A program made the position numbers and the translations under genes. From the human T2T-CHM13v2.0 reference genome, Homo sapiens: a stretch of DNA of 64,000 bases. Below, in pieces: positions 18,723 to 32,560 of this stretch. How positions within the stretch are numbered: the first letter of the stretch is position 1; every line of letters begins with the position of its first letter. The stretch lies in NCBI RefSeq assembly GCF_009914755.1, contig NC_060945.1; one strand, written 5' to 3'. The notes under the pieces are model-generated. The model made no database searches. It saw only the letters and a list, made by a program, of their open reading frames with translations, and was not told where the DNA came from.

Positions 18723-20259
18723 TGATTATCTCTTTATACTGTATGTCCTTAAGTACAATTCTTAAAGAAAATACTAGCACATAGAATTTAGAAGTTTATT
18801 AAAATGCAAAAATCATAGGAATGCAAGGATGGCTTGCTATTATGTTTATTATCATAATTTACTATATTAATAGGTAATGGAAGAAAAAACCCATAATTAT
18901 AGTTTTGTGACCCAAAGAGCTTTTTTTGTCAAAATTTGACAATCATTTCTTCATTTTAAAAGTTTCAATTAGGAATAGATTCTGGACACAATAAATTAAC
19001 ATGTAAACACATATGCACGTATTAGTTGAAAAACCATCATGATGCTAAATGGCAAAATGCTAAAACCATTTTTTCCATTATTAAAGACAATATTGGTCAC
19101 CATGGAAACTATTTTTTTAATACTGTTCTAGGAGTACTGGCCAGTGCAATTAGATAAGAGGAAAAAAAGCTGTAAATATGGGGAAAAATTATTTGCAGAT
19201 TACATCATTATATATCTCTAAAATCCATATAAATCAATTGAAAAGCTGTTAGAAATAATATGACTAAGTACCTGGTTATAAAGTTAGTTATACAAAAATT
19301 AATAGGCTTTTTCTGTACATAAATATAATGGGATGAATTGATCAATTTCAAGTCTGATTGGCTGGATGATTTTTTTTTCCTCTGCAAACCAGACCTTCTC
19401 TGCCTCTGAGCAGTGGTCTGTAACAGGATGAATTTCTGTTGGATCAGCTGAAGTGGTGGCTTGGGCAGTGAGGCAATTCTTCATCAAGACATACCTTTTT
19501 GTTGCTTCTAATTACCTGCTGGCAGGAACTAAAAGTGTGTCTCTTGTATGCATGCCATGTGTGTAAAATTAGAGTCTTTGAAATTGTTCAAATAAAGAGG
19601 ATTAGTTATAGTTGTAGGGAGATATAAAGACTAAGCCAAAAGAAGCAGAGTTTATCTGCCTTCACACTTCACCCATCTGTTAACCCGGCTGAGACACATT
19701 TTCTTGTAGCATTAGTATTTTATGCACTGTTTTTCTTGATATAGTAACAGATTTAATTCATTCTTTATGGTAATAGATCCCTTGTATCCATAAAGAAAGA
19801 ACATATTCCATCATTACCTTAATATCATGTCTAATACAGAGTGGCCGTACAATTGGAAAGTTATTTCTCAGACCACTAAACTTACACATAAATGTTAAAC
19901 ACTGTATATTACTTTTAAGCTTACTTTTGATCTGCTATCAAACCTAAGAAGTTGTTTTATTTTGATTAACTCTATATAATAGTTAATTTTTTTCCTCTAA
20001 AATGTGTTTTAAAGGCTGAAGCTGTATTTGACATCATTTTTAAAGCTATGTGATTTATTCTTTTTTATTCTCCACTGTCAAATATACATATTTGAAGATA
20101 TGTATGGTAATACCATTTTCAAGCACTAGCTAGTTTAAGGAGCATAGAGCATGGTAAGTGATATAAAACTTCATTCACCCATAAACCCCAAACCCCTAGT
20201 ACTGAATGCCCACATATATCATCCTTACTATCAGAGAAATTATGTTTATAACATATGCT

Positions 20260-20485
20260 GAGTTCAAGACCAGCCTGGGCAACATGGCAAAATCCCACCT
20301 CTATGAAAAAATATGAAAATCAGCCAGGTGTGGTGGCGCACCTGTAGTCCCAGCTACCTGGGGGGCTGAGATGGGAGGATAACCTGAGCCCTGGCAGGTC
20401 AAGGCTGCAGTGAGCCATGATTGTGCCACTGCATTCCAGCCTGGGTGACAGAGTGAGACCCTGTCTCAAAAAAAAACAAAAGAGA
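20260..20485 (+). mobile_element. Alu (AluJb-like), 5'-truncated
   Basis: Begins at gagttcaagaccagcctgggcaacatgg; A tail. Confidence 0.9.
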
Positions 20486-21814
20486 AAAGCATTCAGCTTT
20501 TTGCTTCCTACATGTATGTCACCACATAAACAAAGGAAAGTGAGACTCAAGTTACCGTAAAAGAGTCCTTCACTGGAAGCAAATCCTCAACTGTTTTAGA
20601 AAAATGAGTTTATGATCATTATTATTTTGCTAAAAGGATTCTTTATTTCATCACAGGAACCTTCTACTAACCCCCTTTAGTCTAAAAAAGCTCTAATCTA
20701 TAAAAATTAAAAATATATAGATCAATTTGATCCTTATAGTTTATCCATCCAATAATTTTTTGGTTAATATTTGCATGGCAGATAAATCTTTACTTCCCTT
20801 ATTTCTACCTCCTGTATTGAGTGCTCAATCAACTTTTAAATAAATTATCACATGTATATATACATAATAAGATTACTTAACATTCCTATGTTGAATTTTG
20901 AATTTGTTTCATTTGTTCATTCATTCTTACATCCAACAGATATGGATTGCAAACCTACTACATGGCAAGCATAAGTGCCCCGGGGTTATGGCAGTGAACA
21001 AAATTCTTATCCTCATACAGTTTATCTTCTGATTTGGTGGATATGAGAAACTGGTGAACTTAAGCTTAAAATCAATCAGATGCTGAGTTTGTTATTAAAA
21101 AACAGAAAAGAGAGCTCAGGTTAAATACATGCACTAGCTAATCTAAATCTTTCTTGGAAGTAGACTTGGTACTAGTCTCTCAATTATCAATCATTTGGGC
21201 ATTCTGTGATGATTTTATTATATCCTTAATTGCATTGCAGAAATGGAAAAAAAATTATCTCTTCCAATTGCCGTTCCCATCTGATGAGTCCTTCATGGGA
21301 GCAACAAGCAGCTGATTTGCCATCAGCTTTGTACCAGTGTAGGGGCTATTTTGGCAACAACATATGCTTTGGTGTCAGAGTAACTGACCTTCGAATCTTA
21401 GCTCTTACTATGATATTGGGCTAGTTACTTGATTTCTCTGAGCCCATTCTTCCATCTGTTAAACAGGCATATTAATCCTGCTTTAAAGGAGTATAATTCA
21501 GATTAATGAAATAATCGGTGTATAGTACCTGGCAGGTCAGAGCTCCCCTACCCAAGGTCCCCATTTAGTGGCAGAGCCAGGATTAGATCCCACATCACCT
21601 CACTCTGGTGCCAGTCCTTGTCTCGTACCATGTTTACATTTAATAATCTCTGGTGATTTTACTCACATGACGAGACAATAGATTTATTCATCATTTATTA
21701 AGAAGACATTGAGTTCTTTGCTGTGCTGCCTCTTTGACCTCTCTGGGCCAAAAATGAGGGAGTTGTATGAGGCTCCAGGGTCTCTTTTAACCATGCACTT
21801 CTATGACTCTATGC

Positions 21815-21924
21815 AGGGTGGCCAACTGTCTTGATTTGCCTCAGACTCAGGGGTTTCCCTGGACAGGGACTTTCAGTACTAAAACTGGGAGAGTCAGAGA
21901 AAACTAGGATGGTTGTTCACCATA
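21815..21924. mobile_element. MER94-like hAT MITE
   Basis: TIRs agggtggccaactgtc ... gatggttgttcaccat; internal gggactttcagtactaaaactggga. Confidence 0.7.
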
Positions 21925-23254
21925 ACTCCAGGATTCTTCCACATTTGGTTTATTCCATCAGCTTCCCTGATATACCTCTGAATACCCGAGATTGGACATA
22001 ATCCTGCAAAAGAATTCAAACATCAAGTTAGCGAACAGAGCTGCAGCCATGTGGCCTCTCCACCTCTTCATTCACTCCTTCTTCTGCCTCTGCAGTTTCC
22101 TATCTGGGTGCTGCTTTGGGAAACTGTTTTTAATCATTCATTGCTATGGTTTTAGTTTTGGTGGCTAGCCAGAGAGCAGCTGATCAGCCATGTCAGCAGA
22201 CTAAGGAACACTCACAGATATTTTCTTCTCTGCAAGGCTTGATGTCTCCGTTTACCTTGGGAAGAAAGCAGAATGTTCACAATCTCACTGCCTCTAGTCT
22301 CTCTAGTGAATGTAAAGGCAAGTTCCTTCTCCCACTCCTCCTCTGCCTCTTCATTTTTATTCTCTTTCTCATTATTATTATCATTACTACCAAAAGGCAG
22401 TCACCTCTAGGGGAACAACGACCAAATGAGAACCTCTCAGAGCACAGTGTTTTGATGCTGAGCAGAGGCTGCACACCTTGCAACCCGCTCCCTGGTGGGA
22501 AGACCGGCTCTGCCTGCCCCAGCTGAGATATCACTTAACAGTGCGGGCTCTTCAGGGGCAGGGCCAGGGCCTCCTCAACATGTTTACAAGATGTGTGGCT
22601 ATTAGCAACATCTTACAGCTCAGCTAATTAACGGGGAGAGTGCCTGATGAAGCCTGGCTCTAAAGAGGACCAAATTGCATCAGTGTTTGGGCTTTAAATT
22701 GATACCAAAAAATAACTTACCGCAGGTGTGTTTTGAATCGCATCTTCCCCCAGCAGGTTGGTTGGTTGTTATGCTTCAGCTACCGCAGATCCCAAGGTGG
22801 CCCGAACGCCAGGGTTACGAGTTTATTAAGATCATTTAAGTTGGTTACATGTAGTCATTATTTTAGCTGAGCGGTTAAGTTCGTACGTGGTCACTGATAT
22901 GGTTTGGACCTGCGTCCCCACCAAATCTCATGTCAAATTGTAATCCCCATTGTTGGAGGTGTGGTCTGGTGGGAGGTGATTGTTTCATGGGTGCTCATGA
23001 ATTCTCATAAATGGTTTGGCACCACCGCCATGATGCTGTCCTCAGGATAGTGAGTGAGTTCTGGTGAGATCTGGTTGTTTAAAAGTGTGTAGCACCATCT
23101 CCCTCTCTCTCTTGTTCCTACTCCAGCCATGTGATGTGCCTGCTTTCCACTGCCCACCATCATTGGAAGTTTTCTGAGGCCTCTGCAGAAGCTGAGCAGA
23201 TCTCAGCATCATGTTTCCTGGACAGCATGCAGAACTGTGAGCTAATCAAAACTC

Positions 23255-23546
23255 TTTTTTTTTGTTTGAGATGGAGTCTCGCTTTGTCACCTAGGCTGGA
23301 GTGCAGTGGCATGATCTCAGCTCACTGCAACCCTGCCTCCCAGGTTCAAGCGATTCCCCTACCTCAGCCTCCTGAGTAGCTGGGATTACAGGTGTCCGCC
23401 ACCACGCCTGGCTAATTTTTGTATTTTTAGTAGAGACTGGGTTTTATTATGTTGGTCAGGCTGGTCTTGAACTCTTGACCTCATGATCCACCTGCCTCCA
23501 CCTCCCAAAATGCTGGGATTACAGGCGTGAACCACCGCACCCAGCC
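23255..23546 (-). mobile_element. Alu (AluS-type) nested in the MST LTR
   Basis: TSD tcaaaactctt. Confidence 0.94.
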
Positions 23547-23590
23547 TCAAAACTCTTCTTTGTAAATTATCCATTCTCGGGTATTTCTTC

Positions 23591-23979
<389 letters not shown>

Positions 23980-24027
23980 ATACATTGGGGTAATACAAGG
24001 TCAGAGACATGAACATCCATCTGAAGG

Positions 24028-24162
24028 GCCTGTCTCCAAGGTCCCTTAGAGCAACGCATACAAGAAACAGGCTGCGTACACTACCAAGGAAGCTGCTGTT
24101 TGCAGCCATTGCACACCTGGCCCCCGGGAGGAAAGGAATTCAGTCAGCTTAATTGGTTGCAG
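24028..24162 (-). ncRNA. SNORA70: SNORA70 (U70) H/ACA snoRNA retrocopy
   Basis: ctgcaaccaattaagctgactgaattcctttcc...tggctgcaa ACAGCA gcttccttggta GTGTA c...ct AAGGG accttggag ACA ggc; 135 nt; H box and ACA box 3 nt from the end; followed by an RPL10 intron remnant (23980-24027). Confidence 0.9.
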
Positions 24163-24643
24163 ATTGGGTATTTCTTCATAGCAATGTGAGAAAAGACTAA
24201 TACAGTTGCCAACCCCCATGAATCCTATACCAGGAGCCACCTCGTCTTGCCACAGCTAAGGATATGATCTAAGTCTTGTCTTGGACGAGCTCACTCTCCA
24301 CTCTGTGGCACACATGTTTTCCTTTAAAATACCCCTGTTATTCAAGCAGGAATGAAATATTTCTCTCACTTTTCTGATTGAAGTCTTTCCATGCTGAATT
24401 TTCTTAATCAGACCAGTAGGTGAGTTCCATTTCTTATATAATCTTCCTTTTACTAATAATCTCTTCAGTAGATAATGACCTTAGCAACTGTTGACACAAC
24501 TTCCTCTATTTGAAGTTTTAAAAGTTTTGTTTGGTCAAGAAAAATAACTTGGAATTTTGAGGTCACTTCTGTGGCTACTCATGGATTGAATTGTCCTGGT
24601 TACCTAGTGATTTATTGCTTTTTGCCCACTGGTAGGAAGGAGG

Positions 24644-24892
24644 TTCCCAATGTTGGAGGTGTGGCCTGGTGGGAGGCGATTGGCTCATGGGTGCTCATGA
24701 ATTCTCATAAGTGGTTTAGCGCTACCCCTTCGATGTTGTCCTCAGGATAGTGAGTGAGTTCTGGTGAGACCTGGTTGTTTAAAAGTGTGTAGCCCCTTCC
24801 CCCTCTCTCTCTTGTTCCTACTCCAACCATGTGATGTGCCTGCCTTCCACCGTCCGCCATCACTGGAAGTTTTCTGAGGCCTCTGCAGAAGC
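24644..24892 (+). repeat. Local direct duplicate of MST LTR segment 22944-23192
   Basis: Ungapped alignment at an offset of exactly 1700 bp; about 25 mismatches in 249 bp. Confidence 0.9.
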
Positions 24893-25319
24893 CTAGACAT
24901 GGTAGAACCCACGTCTGTTTTATGAAGGGTAAAATAGCACCCCTACGATACTGTATCATGCTGCCAGAGTTTAATAAATTGGGGTAAAAACCAGTATTTC
25001 CCAACTCTCAAGGGAAAAGGCTGTGTTATTTGTGAAGTATTATCAGTAGGATGATTTTACCAAGGCATCTTGGTTCATTCTCAGTGTTGAGGAGATTTCT
25101 GTATCCACTGGGAAGCTGACCAGGCATCATCTAAGATCCTTTTCGGGGTAGAGAACATGCCAGCACCAGTGGCTACTCTTGGACAGAAGGGGAAGGTTGG
25201 TAAAGGAGTCAGCTGACAAGACTTTCACTTTTATTTTTATCCCCTTCAGTTGATTTTGAAAAATGAAGGTCATGTCTTGCTGTTGAATAATAATAATAAT
25301 AATAATATCTTTTATTTAA

Positions 25320-25756
<437 letters not shown>

Positions 25757-26372
25757 TCACATACAAACCAGAAGGTGGGAGGTGACCCATGCAGTCTCCA
25801 ACCCTGCGCCAAGGCTGGTCAAGCCCTCTTATTTTGGGGGCACTTTGAGGGGAGGGTGGGATAAGAGTTGCAGTTGCAAGAGAGGTATATGGCTCAGGTG
25901 ACCTGCTACCTATGATATGACATCATTCCTTTCATGCTGAGCTCACAGGGGCGCTGTGAGGTTTGCTATTCACTAATCACACGTTGGCTAATCCATCACA
26001 TTCATGGAGCAAAGGTCAGCCACATACATGCAAAATAGCAACCAAACATCACTCCTAATATTGCCTAATGACTTTCTCTTGAAAGTCAGACTTGGGCTGG
26101 CCTCACCTTCCAGTATCATCTAGCTGGTGCATCAAAAACTACGAGGGTTCTACCGGAGCCACCAGAGGCTGACACAGCTGCCCTTCACCAGCCCCTCTGC
26201 GAAGCTCTGTCCTCTGTCTCTCCTGAGAACATCCTCTCCCCCTCCAGCAGGTCTTTTAGCCACATGTCTTTATTCTTGCCTTGATTCTAAAACCATCCCC
26301 AGTCTGCTTTTGCCTAATAGAGAGGGAGAAAAGTCTATTGCTTTCTTTTCTTTTATTCCTACTCCCCCCGGC

Positions 26373-26680
26373 TTTTTTTGAGTCAGGATCTTGCTTTGTC
26401 ACCCAGGCTGAAGTGCAGTGAAGCAATCACAGCTCACTCACTGCAGCCTTGAACTCCTGGACATAGCCATCCTCTCATGTCAGCCTTCCAAGTAGCTAGG
26501 ACTACAGATACATGCCACTATACCCAGCTAAGTTTTTATTAAACATTTTTTATAGAGACAGGGTCTAGTCTCAAGCTGGTCTCAAGCTCACTGCAGCTTC
26601 AAACTCCTGGCCTCTAGCCATCCTTCCACCTCGGCCTCCCAAAGTTCTGGGACTATAGGCATGAGCCTCTGTATCCCCTG
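26373..26680 (-). mobile_element. Alu (AluJ-type), internally rearranged
   Basis: Reverse dimer; gctcactgcagc..aactcctgg appears in both arms. Confidence 0.85.
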
Positions 26681-27399
26681 GAAAGTCAATTTCTAAGAGC
26701 TCAGCATCCATCCAGGTGGAAGAGGTGAACATAGGCATCTCTCCTCTGTGATCACTGCCACTGCAATGGGAGAACAGGAAAAGATGGCAGTTGATTTCTG
26801 TCCTTTCATCATGAGTCCATCTACTCTCCTTCCCATCTCACATCCTGGACTTGCTTCCGACGACAACGTTATCAAGCCTGCAATTAAAAGCAACCACTTT
26901 TATGAGTCATTGTTTTGCGAAAGCAAATACCCTTAATATGTTGATTCAGAAGGTTTCAGGGGAGCCACCATGAGGCCACTTGTGCAATGCCAGGCTAACT
27001 ACTTTTGAAAGAGGACCATATGCTGCCTTTACAACATCCCTTTGGTGTTTAATTTGATGAAACAATGTGCCACAATCAGCTGTGAGGACAGCAGCCGTGA
27101 TTGATGGAGACTGACTCACGTGGTCTGACTCTGATTTCAATATCACCGCGCTAATCCCATTATTCGCTTGAGTTGGCTTGTTTTGGGCTACCTTAAAAAA
27201 AGTTATTTCTTTAATGGTCAAATTGCCGTGAGGTCTGGAAGATTTAATGTATCATAAAACTCATTAAATAACCAGCCTGGCAGCCCACACCACTGGGTAG
27301 TGTGCTAGCATATGGGAGATCCAAGCTGAAGACTTCAGCATTCATTTCAATGCCACCCAGCCAAAGCCTCAAGGGACAAGTCTGGAGTGTGTGTTCTAA

Positions 27400-27556
27400 G
27401 CCAGCATTCCTCCAACTTTCATGGACGCATGAATCATCGGAGTGCTTTACGAAAGTGCAGATTCTGATTCAGCAGTTGTGGGGCGAGGCTTGAGATTCTG
27501 CATTGCTGACAAGTTGATGTCCATTCTTCTGGTCCAAGGCCCAAACTTTGAACACT
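27400..27556. mobile_element. MER5A-like hAT-Charlie MITE
   Basis: gcagattctgattcagcagttgtggggcgaggcttgagattctgcattgctgacaag ... aaactttgaacact. Confidence 0.7.
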
Positions 27557-27599
27557 AGTGAACATTCACTAGAGGGTCTTGTGAATATCCATTGACAGC

Positions 27600-28125
27600 A
27601 GCTAACACTTATGAACCACATGACTGTGTTGTAAGTACTGTATGTGTGTGTTATATGTGTCTGCTTATTTAATCTTTACTTTTAACCTCATGAGGGAGAT
27701 ATTATTATCACCTCCATCTTCTAGATGAAGAATTAAATAATTGAATACCTAAGTGAATAAACTAAATAACTGAGGCCACACAGCTTGGTCCAGTACTTTT
27801 TGCCTTTTAGGCATGTTTATGAATCTGTGAGATCTATTTTTAGAAGTTAATTACCAAGTCTACTTTTTTTCCAGTTAAATGCCTAGGTCATGGTTATTGT
27901 TGTTCTGTTACTTATGAAGTAAAATAAGCAGAATAAAACCCAAAAAACACAAAATAACCTATTTGTTATTTTGAATCTTTTAAAATATAACATCAACAAT
28001 ACATTTTTCACATTAAAAAATCTATTGATTTGAGAAAACTGTACTTAAACCATGGCCCCAGGGTGAACGAATGGTGAGCGGGAATAAAATAAAATTCAAA
28101 ACCATGTCCCCTGACTGCACAGCCT
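27600..28125 (-). mobile_element. MIR split by the inverted-duplication arm
   Basis: MIR motifs to ...gaggccacacagc (27784); MIR-like sequence resumes at aaattcaaaaccatgtcccctgactgcacagcc (~28090-28125). Confidence 0.6.
27785..28085. repeat. Inverted duplication, arm 1
   Basis: Reverse complement of 28618-28697 plus 28997-29220; about 93-94% identical. Confidence 0.93.
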
Positions 28126-28617
28126 CTTTGTTTTTTGTTTTTGTTTTTTTCCAACCTCATCATTACACTCCTTTCACATAGGACTCAGTGCCCTGGCCCC
28201 ATTTTTAGTTAGAGAACGGTGGCTCTTGTATAGATCTGCCATGGGCTTGTACTGGGTAAAACGATGAAATTTGTCTTGGGGGCTTTAGACGTCTCTTTCT
28301 GGATCCCTTTCTCTAAAAGATAATATTTACCACAGCAGGATGCCGCTAATACTGAATCAAAGCAATATGTAGCCAAGCCATGAGCAGCTAATATCCTAAC
28401 CTGAGCCCTGCCTGGAAGTGGCAGCCGTGTTAGCCTCTCTGGTGCTTTATGTTGAATGGGTGCTCGGGGTGAAGGGACTCTGGCAGCCTTCCCAGAAAGG
28501 GAGATGGCAAAAGAGAAAACAAACACCTTCTAGAGGTTTCTGGGGAACTTAGGGAATCCTAGAAAACCTGTGTAAGGTAATGCAAGTACGTTTCTCCTCC
28601 CATCTGTTTTAATTGGC

Positions 28618-29220
<603 letters not shown>

Positions 29221-29646
29221 TGTTACTTCAGAAAACTCAGTGAACCCACACAAATGCCCCATTTTGTACAGATAAAATAAGAGTTACGTGTCAAAAGATA
29301 AACCAGGTTACGGCATTACAACCTTTCCTTTAGAAGGAATGTGCTGAAGGGGAAGAACATTACTAGACTGGTGATCAGGAGGCCTGAGATTTAACCCCAT
29401 GTTAATTTGAACCTCAGCTTCCTCATCTGTAAGATAAGGGAGACTGACATCCAGACCTGACGTTAGATGAATTAAGCCTCACTGGGGGATGCAACACCAA
29501 CCTGAGGTTTACTGATCGGGTAGCTCATTCAGCCACAGCCATCACCCTCTGTTTTCCACTGGGCTTTTAGATACATCATAAAACACTAGGATTTTTCTGC
29601 TTCAGCCAGTTGCAATTGCTCAGAAACCTCATAAGAATATATATTC

Positions 29647-29937
29647 CTTTTTTATCTTTTTTTTTGAGACAGGGTTCCCCAGGCTGGAGTGCAGTGGCAC
29701 AATCATGGCTCACTGCAGCCTCAACCTCCCCAGGCTCAGCTGATCCCCCCACCTCAGCTTCCCAAGTAGCTTGGAGTACAGGCACTTACCACCATGCCCA
29801 GCTACTCTTTCTATTTTTTGTAGAGACGGGGTTTCACCATGTTGCCCAGAATGGCCTCAAACTCCTCGGCTCAAGGGATTGCCTGCCTCAGCCTCCCATA
29901 GTGCTGGGATTACAGGCATGAGCCACCGTGCCTGTCC
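29647..29937 (-). mobile_element. Alu (AluJ-type)
   Basis: aatcatggctcactgcagcctcaacctcccc. Confidence 0.9.
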
Positions 29938-31399
29938 ACTATTTATTCTATATATATATATGGGAAATATTTACATATATTTGTTTGCTGGACTAGGCAT
30001 TGTGTAACACATAAGTTATCCATTACAATAACAGCATGAGATGCTGTTCTTTCCATTTTACAGATGGGATGGGGAAGCTCAAAGAGGTTAAGAGACCTGC
30101 CCATGGTCACTGGGTGACTGAGGCTTTACCACCATGAAAATCTTTCCATGTAGGTCAACGGCATTTCCTTCTGTAGAGACCTGTGCGCCATGCCCATCCC
30201 TTCCTGCTAATGATGCAGCTAGCTAGCTTGCTTGCTTGCTTGCTTTAGCCTCAGCTCTTTTTTAGAGTAGGAAGGCTTTGTATTTTAGCCTATAGTGTGC
30301 TATTAACAATGCTTTCCATCAGCAGCCTTTGTTTCTCATAAGGAGTAAGACAATAAGCAGCCCTAAGTATTTATTCATTTCTCTTCAACTCTTGCATGGA
30401 ACTTAGGTCAGCTTTAGTTTTACTCCCCTCTGCGTTCTTTGTAATCTTGTGGATTGTATGGAGAAGTCTGCCTCAAACAGATGACCTGATTACTGAAACC
30501 CCCGCATTTTCTGTGGTTTTCCATTGTAAGGGAATCACTGCACTGTAAAATCCATAGGAAAATGCCATTTCTCTAAGCATATTTCTCCAAAAAGTTTTCA
30601 CCAAACATATGCATTTTCTTAACCTGAAGTTCTTCATCAGTCCCGGCCTCTGTCTTTGAAACGCCCAAAATGTGATGATGTAGGAAAAAAAAATTTAGGG
30701 TTGATGGGAAAGGAATGGATTTTAGAGGAAGATGTTTGCAAAGTTCTGGGAGTGGTAAGGAGAAATGGGAAAGGGAGAGAGACCACTCGGGTCTGTTCTG
30801 TGTGCAGCCATAGTATTGTTTGCTATTGAGTTGTTTGTGACTTTCTCTCCCATTCCCATCCTCAGATTTAAATGACCAATTTTGGCATAAGGACTCACAG
30901 GTGCAGAACATTCTATAGGCTTGGACGACTTCATAAAAAATGATTCAATCATATCTGGGACGAAGGCTGTCCCACTTATTCTCTCTAGCAGCCTAATGCT
31001 CTTGCTTTATTCAGATTTCCAATAGCAACTGTCATTGACTTTGTACACTTATGCATTGCATTAAGATTGTACTTATTGTTTGGAACTCTTAATGCTGCAA
31101 ATACCCGTGCAAGACTTAGACGCTGATAAGAGAGGAGGTGGTAAGGAATGTTTGAATTAACTCATAACTGCTACTTGCAAAGTTTCCAAAAGGTCTGATT
31201 TTTAAAAATTGTCTTTAGCATATGTAGAAAGATGTGATCATGAACTCACTGAAATATGGCTACCCTGGGAATATATTTTATAAAGAAGAAAAGAGTTCTT
31301 AATTCAAAGACACTGGGTCATGTTGAAGTTGAAAAAATTCTTGTCTATTACCTTTTTTTCATTTGTGTTCCCTAGAATTCAATAAAAATATATGCTATC

Positions 31400-32560
31400 A
31401 CTCCTGTCCCTGTCAACTGCTCTGCCTCAGTTATAATATAGCAGAGAGTTATTTAACCTAACCCAGACTAAAAATTATCACCACATCGAGAAATCACCTG
31501 GTAAAAGTATTTACTTTCTTTCCTATAAAGCATTCTCTCTCAGTGATTTTTGCATTAGTTTACTTTAGTCACAAAATGATGCAAACCAACAAGGAAAACT
31601 AAAATGGTTTTTATCTAATGTACATATAATTGCCGATGAAAAAGTTTCAGAAATCTCAATTACCCACTGTATTATTGTAACCTGTTTTAAGCAACAGGTA
31701 CTAAAATGAATAGAAATGAATGTTTTTGATCACTCTCCTTCCCCCTCTGCTCCCTATCGTTTAAAATCACATGTCTTACAGTAATTCCATTAGATTTTCA
31801 GCTGCTTTTCGAGAAGCAGGGTGTCCGAGCACAACAAAATGTTTCCTGCCAAACAATGGTTCTGCTTAATTTGATGCCTTACCCAGAAACCCAACAATAT
31901 TCCATGAGACCATTACACACTATTTTATCCTTTTCTTCTCTTTTTTTAATGTTTCACTTGCAGGAGCAGGGAGGGGAGGGGGAAAGGCTAAAACAAACTA
32001 ATTTTTGGTCATTTTATTCCTTTAGCAAACAGTTTGAAGGCTAACCAATTTGTACTTACAAATCTGGGGCATTAGCAGACGGGGACCCTAAATCCTCATG
32101 CATGCAAGCAGTAACTGTTTGTATGCCAAGCTGTTTGTAAGCCTGATTTGACAGGAGAGAGCTATTCATTCTTTTGTCAACTGTCAGTCTAAAAACGTTA
32201 ACCTGCCTGGGTCCCGGGGTATGGGAGCGCTAAATCTTCCGTCCTACCACTGTATAATGAACAGACTGTTTCATTAGTGGGACAATTCACTCGACAAATC
32301 CAGCCCAAACAACTTATTTCACAATTTGTGAGCAGAATTAAATTTCGGGGGAGTCGCAAGAGGGGGGCGGGAGGGGAGGAGGGGGAGTAGGTGAGCGGCA
32401 CACAATATACTGAGGGATCAATGTGTTGGGATAAGTGTTCCAGGCAATTTTGCTGGCAGTTGTGGGCTGAGGCTTGCAGGGCCACCGCATGCAGATCAGC
32501 GGATTAGGGGGACCGCAGCATTAGGTCAAGTGTCTCGAGGGGAGCTGATAAACACCCCAA
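31400..32560. promoter_or_regulatory. Candidate developmental enhancer / conserved non-coding element
   Basis: No recognisable TE; clustered SOX-like (aacaatgg, aacaatat, cttttgt, cacaat), TAAT/ATTA, GGATTA and ATGCAGAT motifs; retained CpGs; G-rich patch. Confidence 0.55.

Noticed and set aside
25938-25960. ctcacag-gggcg-ctgtgag as a CTCF site or functional hairpin
   Set aside because: Poor match to the CTCF core; a 7-bp palindrome is expected by chance
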